Source: an uncultured delta proteobacterium
Lineage (GTDB): Bacteria > Myxococcota_A > Polyangia > Haliangiales > Haliangiaceae
Direction: 5' to 3'
Length of the DNA stretch: 64,000 nt
Assembly (NCBI GenBank): GCA_963848295.1
Contig: CAWKDB010000010.1
Coordinates: 3,424,001 to 3,488,000 of the forward strand
Shown here: piece by piece, positions 60,433 through 64,000 of the stretch
Position numbering within the stretch: position 1 is the first letter of the stretch
Layout: every line of letters begins with the position of its first letter
Made by a program: the position numbers and the translations under genes
The notes under the pieces: generated by a model
The model's database searches: none
Seen by the model: the letters and a program-made list of their open reading frames with translations, nothing else
Told to the model about the DNA's origin: nothing

Positions 60433-62370
60433 TCAGGTGCCGCCGTACATCGGCTCGCGCAGGTCGCCGCACGCGCCTGTGGCGCACGTGCACGCTCCGG
60501 CGCAGGTGTCGTGGATCTCGCCCGTCGACCAGAAGTCGCGCATCATTTGTTGTATGGCGGTGCGCCGCCTCGGGTTCTCGTGCGCGTCGTTGTTGTAGTC
60601 GAACGTGACGTTCGAGTCGGGCGGGAGCGGCGTCGGGCTCTCGTCGATGATCGCGAAGCCGCGGCGCGTGGCAGATGGCCCCGTTGCGATTCCCCACGGC
60701 GTCTCGACCGCAGGCGTGATCAGCGTCATCCCGAGCGTGCGCGCTTGAAACAGCGCCGACAGGTTCGGCACCTGCGCATCGCCGACCGACATCTGCTGGA
60801 GGATCTGTTTGTCGGGCGTGCCCGGAATCGTCATCGTCCCGGCGGTCGCACCGTCGACCTGCTCCATGCCGATCTCCAAGATCTCCTGCATCAGCGAGGC
60901 ATCGGGCGGTGTCGGGTACGCGCTCTTGAGCGGCGCGCCGAACACCTCCCACTCGTTCGAGCGCTCGAACAGCACCGACCAGTTCTCGCCGCCGACGTGG
61001 AGCACGCCGCGCGTGACGAACGGATCGTAGGCCATGAACGTCGCGCCGAGGATGCTGCCCTGCGAGATGCCGAGGAAGTAGACGCGGCTCGGATCGACGA
61101 TCGAGGCGCCGGTGTCGTCGACGAGCACGGTGCTCGCGAACACGCCACGCAGCAATTGCTCGAGCGCGATCGTGTTGACCATGCCCTGCCAGACGCGCTC
61201 GCCGAAACCCGCCGCGCTCGACAGATCGCCGAGCGCGGCGAACGCGCTCTGCAGATCGCTCGATGACATCCCGACCCATTCGGTGCCCGCGATCACGAGG
61301 CAGCCGTCGGCCGACAGGTCGCGCAGGTACTCCGACGTCTTGAGCTCGTTCAAGTCGCCGAAGAAGCCGTGGCCGTACATCAAGATCCCGGCCGGTGTCC
61401 CCGCGGTCGCGCACGGCGGCACCATGAGGAACGCGTGCGCGATCTCGGTGCCGCGCGCCATCGGCAGGCCGTCGCTGCCGCGGTGATAGCCCTCGAGTCC
61501 CGGCCCGGCGACCTCGGGCGTCGTGAAGTCGATCGAGATCCGGCGCGCGATGCGCGGATCGGCCATCACCGTGCCTTCGTCGTCGGTGATCGTATACGTC
61601 AGGTTCGCGCCGAGTGGCCCCATCGCGGCGAGTGCAGAGTCGCGCGCGGCGACCGGGTCGGCGATCGCCGAGGCGTCGTCCTCGACCGTGAAGTCCCATG
61701 CGACGATCAGATCGCTATCCGGGACGCCGGCGGCGTAGAGCGCGGCGACCGCTTCGCGCAGGCGAGGGCGCGCGGCGTCGAGCCGTGCGTTGCCGGACGC
61801 GACGTCGTCGAGCACCGCTTGAAAGCCGGCGGTGCGTTGCAGCGGCGAGCCATCGGGGTGCGTCACCGCGCGGCGGACGCCGACCGCGTAGCGATGCCCG
61901 CCGACGAGGCGTTGCGCGGGTCGCAGGTAGATCGCCTGGTTCGTGAAGTCGGACGTGACGTTCGCGTCGACCTCCGCGAAGTGCGCGACGCGCTCGCCCG
62001 TCATCATGTCGACGATCGCGGTCGAGCCGGTGCCGTCGAGGCTCGCGCCGATGTTCGTCGCCGGGATCAGCGTCGCGGGATCGACGCCGCCCTCGACCTG
62101 CCACAAGATCGACAGCGCGGCCGGCCAGCCGGTGCGCTGGTCGAGCCGGGTCGGATCGAACGCCGTGCCGGTCAGCTTGCTCGGCGGCAACGCGCCGACT
62201 GGAAGGTCGATACGCACGCCGGTCGGCGACGACGGATCGCTGCGCTCGTAGACCGACGCCGGATACGGCAGCGCGTTCGAGCCGAGGCCGAGCGCGTTGA
62301 CCTCGGGCGGTAGCGCGGCCGTGTTGTCGCCACACGCCGCGACCAAGACTAGTGCGAGCAGGGTGCGCAC
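60433..62370 (-). CDS. Lipoprotein alpha/beta hydrolase (lipase-like)
   Basis: Lipobox VAAC, HGFFG, GISQG, GD.QVPN, late His. Confidence 0.8.
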   Translation of the reverse strand: MRTLLALVLVAACGDNTAALPPEVNALGLGSNALPYPASVYERSDPSSPTGVRIDLPVGALPPSKLTGTAFDPTRLDQRTGWPAALSILWQVEGGVDPATLIPATNIGASLDGTGSTAIVDMMTGERVAHFAEVDANVTSDFTNQAIYLRPAQRLVGGHRYAVGVRRAVTHPDGSPLQRTAGFQAVLDDVASGNARLDAARPRLREAVAALYAAGVPDSDLIVAWDFTVEDDASAIADPVAARDSALAAMGPLGANLTYTITDDEGTVMADPRIARRISIDFTTPEVAGPGLEGYHRGSDGLPMARGTEIAHAFLMVPPCATAGTPAGILMYGHGFFGDLNELKTSEYLRDLSADGCLVIAGTEWVGMSSSDLQSAFAALGDLSSAAGFGERVWQGMVNTIALEQLLRGVFASTVLVDDTGASIVDPSRVYFLGISQGSILGATFMAYDPFVTRGVLHVGGENWSVLFERSNEWEVFGAPLKSAYPTPPDASLMQEILEIGMEQVDGATAGTMTIPGTPDKQILQQMSVGDAQVPNLSALFQARTLGMTLITPAVETPWGIATGPSATRRGFAIIDESPTPLPPDSNVTFDYNNDAHENPRRRTAIQQMMRDFWSTGEIHDTCAGACTCATGACGDLREPMYGGT

Positions 62371-62479
62371 GATCCGGTCTTACCTCGTCGCGAAACCCAC
62401 GCGAAAGGAGTTTGGCCGCGACGCGACTTGCTGTTACATCGCGCCCGATCCAAGGTTCCCAGCTCCAACGGAGGCAGCT

Positions 62480-62932
62480 ATGGCGACCGTCGAAGTCACG
62501 GGTGACAACTTCAAGCAGACCCTCGAAAAAGGCGGCGTCGTCCTGCTCGATTTCTGGGCCGAGTGGTGCGGACCGTGCAAAGCGTTCGCTCCGGTGTTCG
62601 AGAAGGCATCGGAGAAACACCCCGACGTCGTGTTCGGCAAGATCGACACCGAGGCGCAGGAGGAGCTCGCGGGCGCCGCCGGGATCCAGGCGATTCCGAC
62701 GCTCATGTTGTTCCGCGACGGCGTGTTGCTGTTCCGCGAGTCCGGTGCGCTGCCGCCGGCCGCGCTCGACGAGCTCGTCGCGAAGGCGAAGGAGCTCGAC
62801 ATGGACAAGGTCCGCGCCGACATCGCCGAGCACGAGAAGCATCACGAGCACGGCCCGGGCTGCGATCACGATCATGACCACGAGCATCACGACCATAGCC
62901 ACGATGGTCACGGCCACGACCACGAGCACTGA
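62480..62932 (+). CDS. trxA: Thioredoxin with His-rich C-terminal tail
   Basis: DFWAEWCGPC, IPTL; GGAGG RBS. Confidence 0.9.
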   Translation: MATVEVTGDNFKQTLEKGGVVLLDFWAEWCGPCKAFAPVFEKASEKHPDVVFGKIDTEAQEELAGAAGIQAIPTLMLFRDGVLLFRESGALPPAALDELVAKAKELDMDKVRADIAEHEKHHEHGPGCDHDHDHEHHDHSHDGHGHDHEH

Positions 62933-62956
62933 TTCGATCGTGTTACCGTCGGATCG

Positions 62957-64000
62957 GTGAGAGCCAGGCTCGCGCTCGCGCTGATCGTCGTTAGCGCGGG
63001 TCACGCGCACGCCGACGACAGCAAGCCCGCGGTTCCCGACGACCCGCCGCCGCCGGAAAAGGAACGCGATGTGTTCGGCCTGTCGCCGCGCACGACCGCG
63101 CCGCCGCCGCTCGATTGCTCGGCCGGCGACGTGACGTTCGCGTGCGCGATGTCGACCGATCCGTTCGCGGCGGTCGCGCCGTTCACGCTGTCGACGTGGC
63201 TGTCCGGCAGTTACTTGATGTCGCTCCCGGTCGGCGACGCGACGCACGATCAAGTCGCCGCGTACGCGCTCGGCGCGAGTCGCGATGGCGCGGGCCCGTC
63301 GTTCGCCGGCGCGACCGGGCTCGAGAATCGCTGGACGATCGAGGGTGCGCCCGCCGACAACATCTTGACCGGCGGGGTCGACACCGTGGTCCCGCTGTCG
63401 TTCCTCGCCGGGATGCGGGTCGGTGCCGGCGGGTTCGCGGCGCGCGATCGGGTCAGCACCGGCGGCACGATCGACGTCGAGCTGATCCGCGGCGGCAAGG
63501 ACCACGTGATCGACGTCCGCGCTTGGGTCGGCGACAGCGCGAACGCGCGGGCGATCCCACCGGCGATCAACACGTACGCAGTCCGCCAAGGTCACACCGA
63601 TCCGGGGCCGACCGCGACCGCATCGATCGTCGCGAGCGGGCCGCTCGGCGATCTGCTCGGCGGTCGTGCGTGGTATGCGCTCGGGCTCGCGCCGTCGCTG
63701 CACTACACGAACTTCACGTGGCAGGCGTCGAAGCTCGTCGACAAGGATCACGACGGCGTGCCCGACGGCGTGCCCGGCTTACCCGAGCTCGATCCGATCG
63801 AGACGACGAAGGCGGCCGTGCCGTCGTGGATCGTGCCGGTGATGGCGCGCGCCGGGCTCGATCGCGGCGCCGACCATGTCGCGCTGACGCTGATCGGTGA
63901 AGCGACGCACACCACCTACAACCTGTACAACGCGACCGAGCAAGCCGCCGGCGTCGACACGCTCGACTACGTCGGTGACGCGATCGCGACGTATCGCCAC
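62957..64000 (+). CDS. TonB-dependent receptor-like (Oar-like) protein, 5' part only
   Basis: Read manually: signal peptide, then plug-like SFAGATGLENRWTIEG and GGFAARDRVSTGGTIDV. The frame is open to the edge. Confidence 0.7.
   Translation, partial: MRARLALALIVVSAGHAHADDSKPAVPDDPPPPEKERDVFGLSPRTTAPPPLDCSAGDVTFACAMSTDPFAAVAPFTLSTWLSGSYLMSLPVGDATHDQVAAYALGASRDGAGPSFAGATGLENRWTIEGAPADNILTGGVDTVVPLSFLAGMRVGAGGFAARDRVSTGGTIDVELIRGGKDHVIDVRAWVGDSANARAIPPAINTYAVRQGHTDPGPTATASIVASGPLGDLLGGRAWYALGLAPSLHYTNFTWQASKLVDKDHDGVPDGVPGLPELDPIETTKAAVPSWIVPVMARAGLDRGADHVALTLIGEATHTTYNLYNATEQAAGVDTLDYVGDAIATYRH

Overview
High-GC window, apparently Myxococcota-like: it has ECF/anti-sigma pairs, membrane Ser/Thr kinases, a myxobacterial pilin-like domain, an Oar-like TonB receptor and many lipoproteins. 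About 65 genes are supported. They include housekeeping and metabolic genes (ino1, aguA/aguB, YebC, YjgA, YqgE/AlgH, SlyD-like, Trx), a dispersed polysaccharide locus, a family-B DNA polymerase, a Phd-VapC toxin-antitoxin pair and a REP-associated tyrosine transposase. No rRNA, tRNA or CRISPR array was recognised. The most striking structure is a three-layer nested element at 43443-44169. The outer layer is an IS4-like non-autonomous cassette with 17-bp TIRs and a 10-bp target duplication. It carries a four-helix-bundle gene bracketed by ~61-bp hexamer-built inverted repeats. A 171-nt, internally deleted group II intron sits 2 nt from the tip of the right TIR. A second repeat family, GGGACGCTGTCTCTTTTGTCAC, has 5 copies with a conserved 75-bp period and marks two convergent intergenic regions. 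Product calls come from recognising motifs by eye, not from database searches. Start codons are best guesses.
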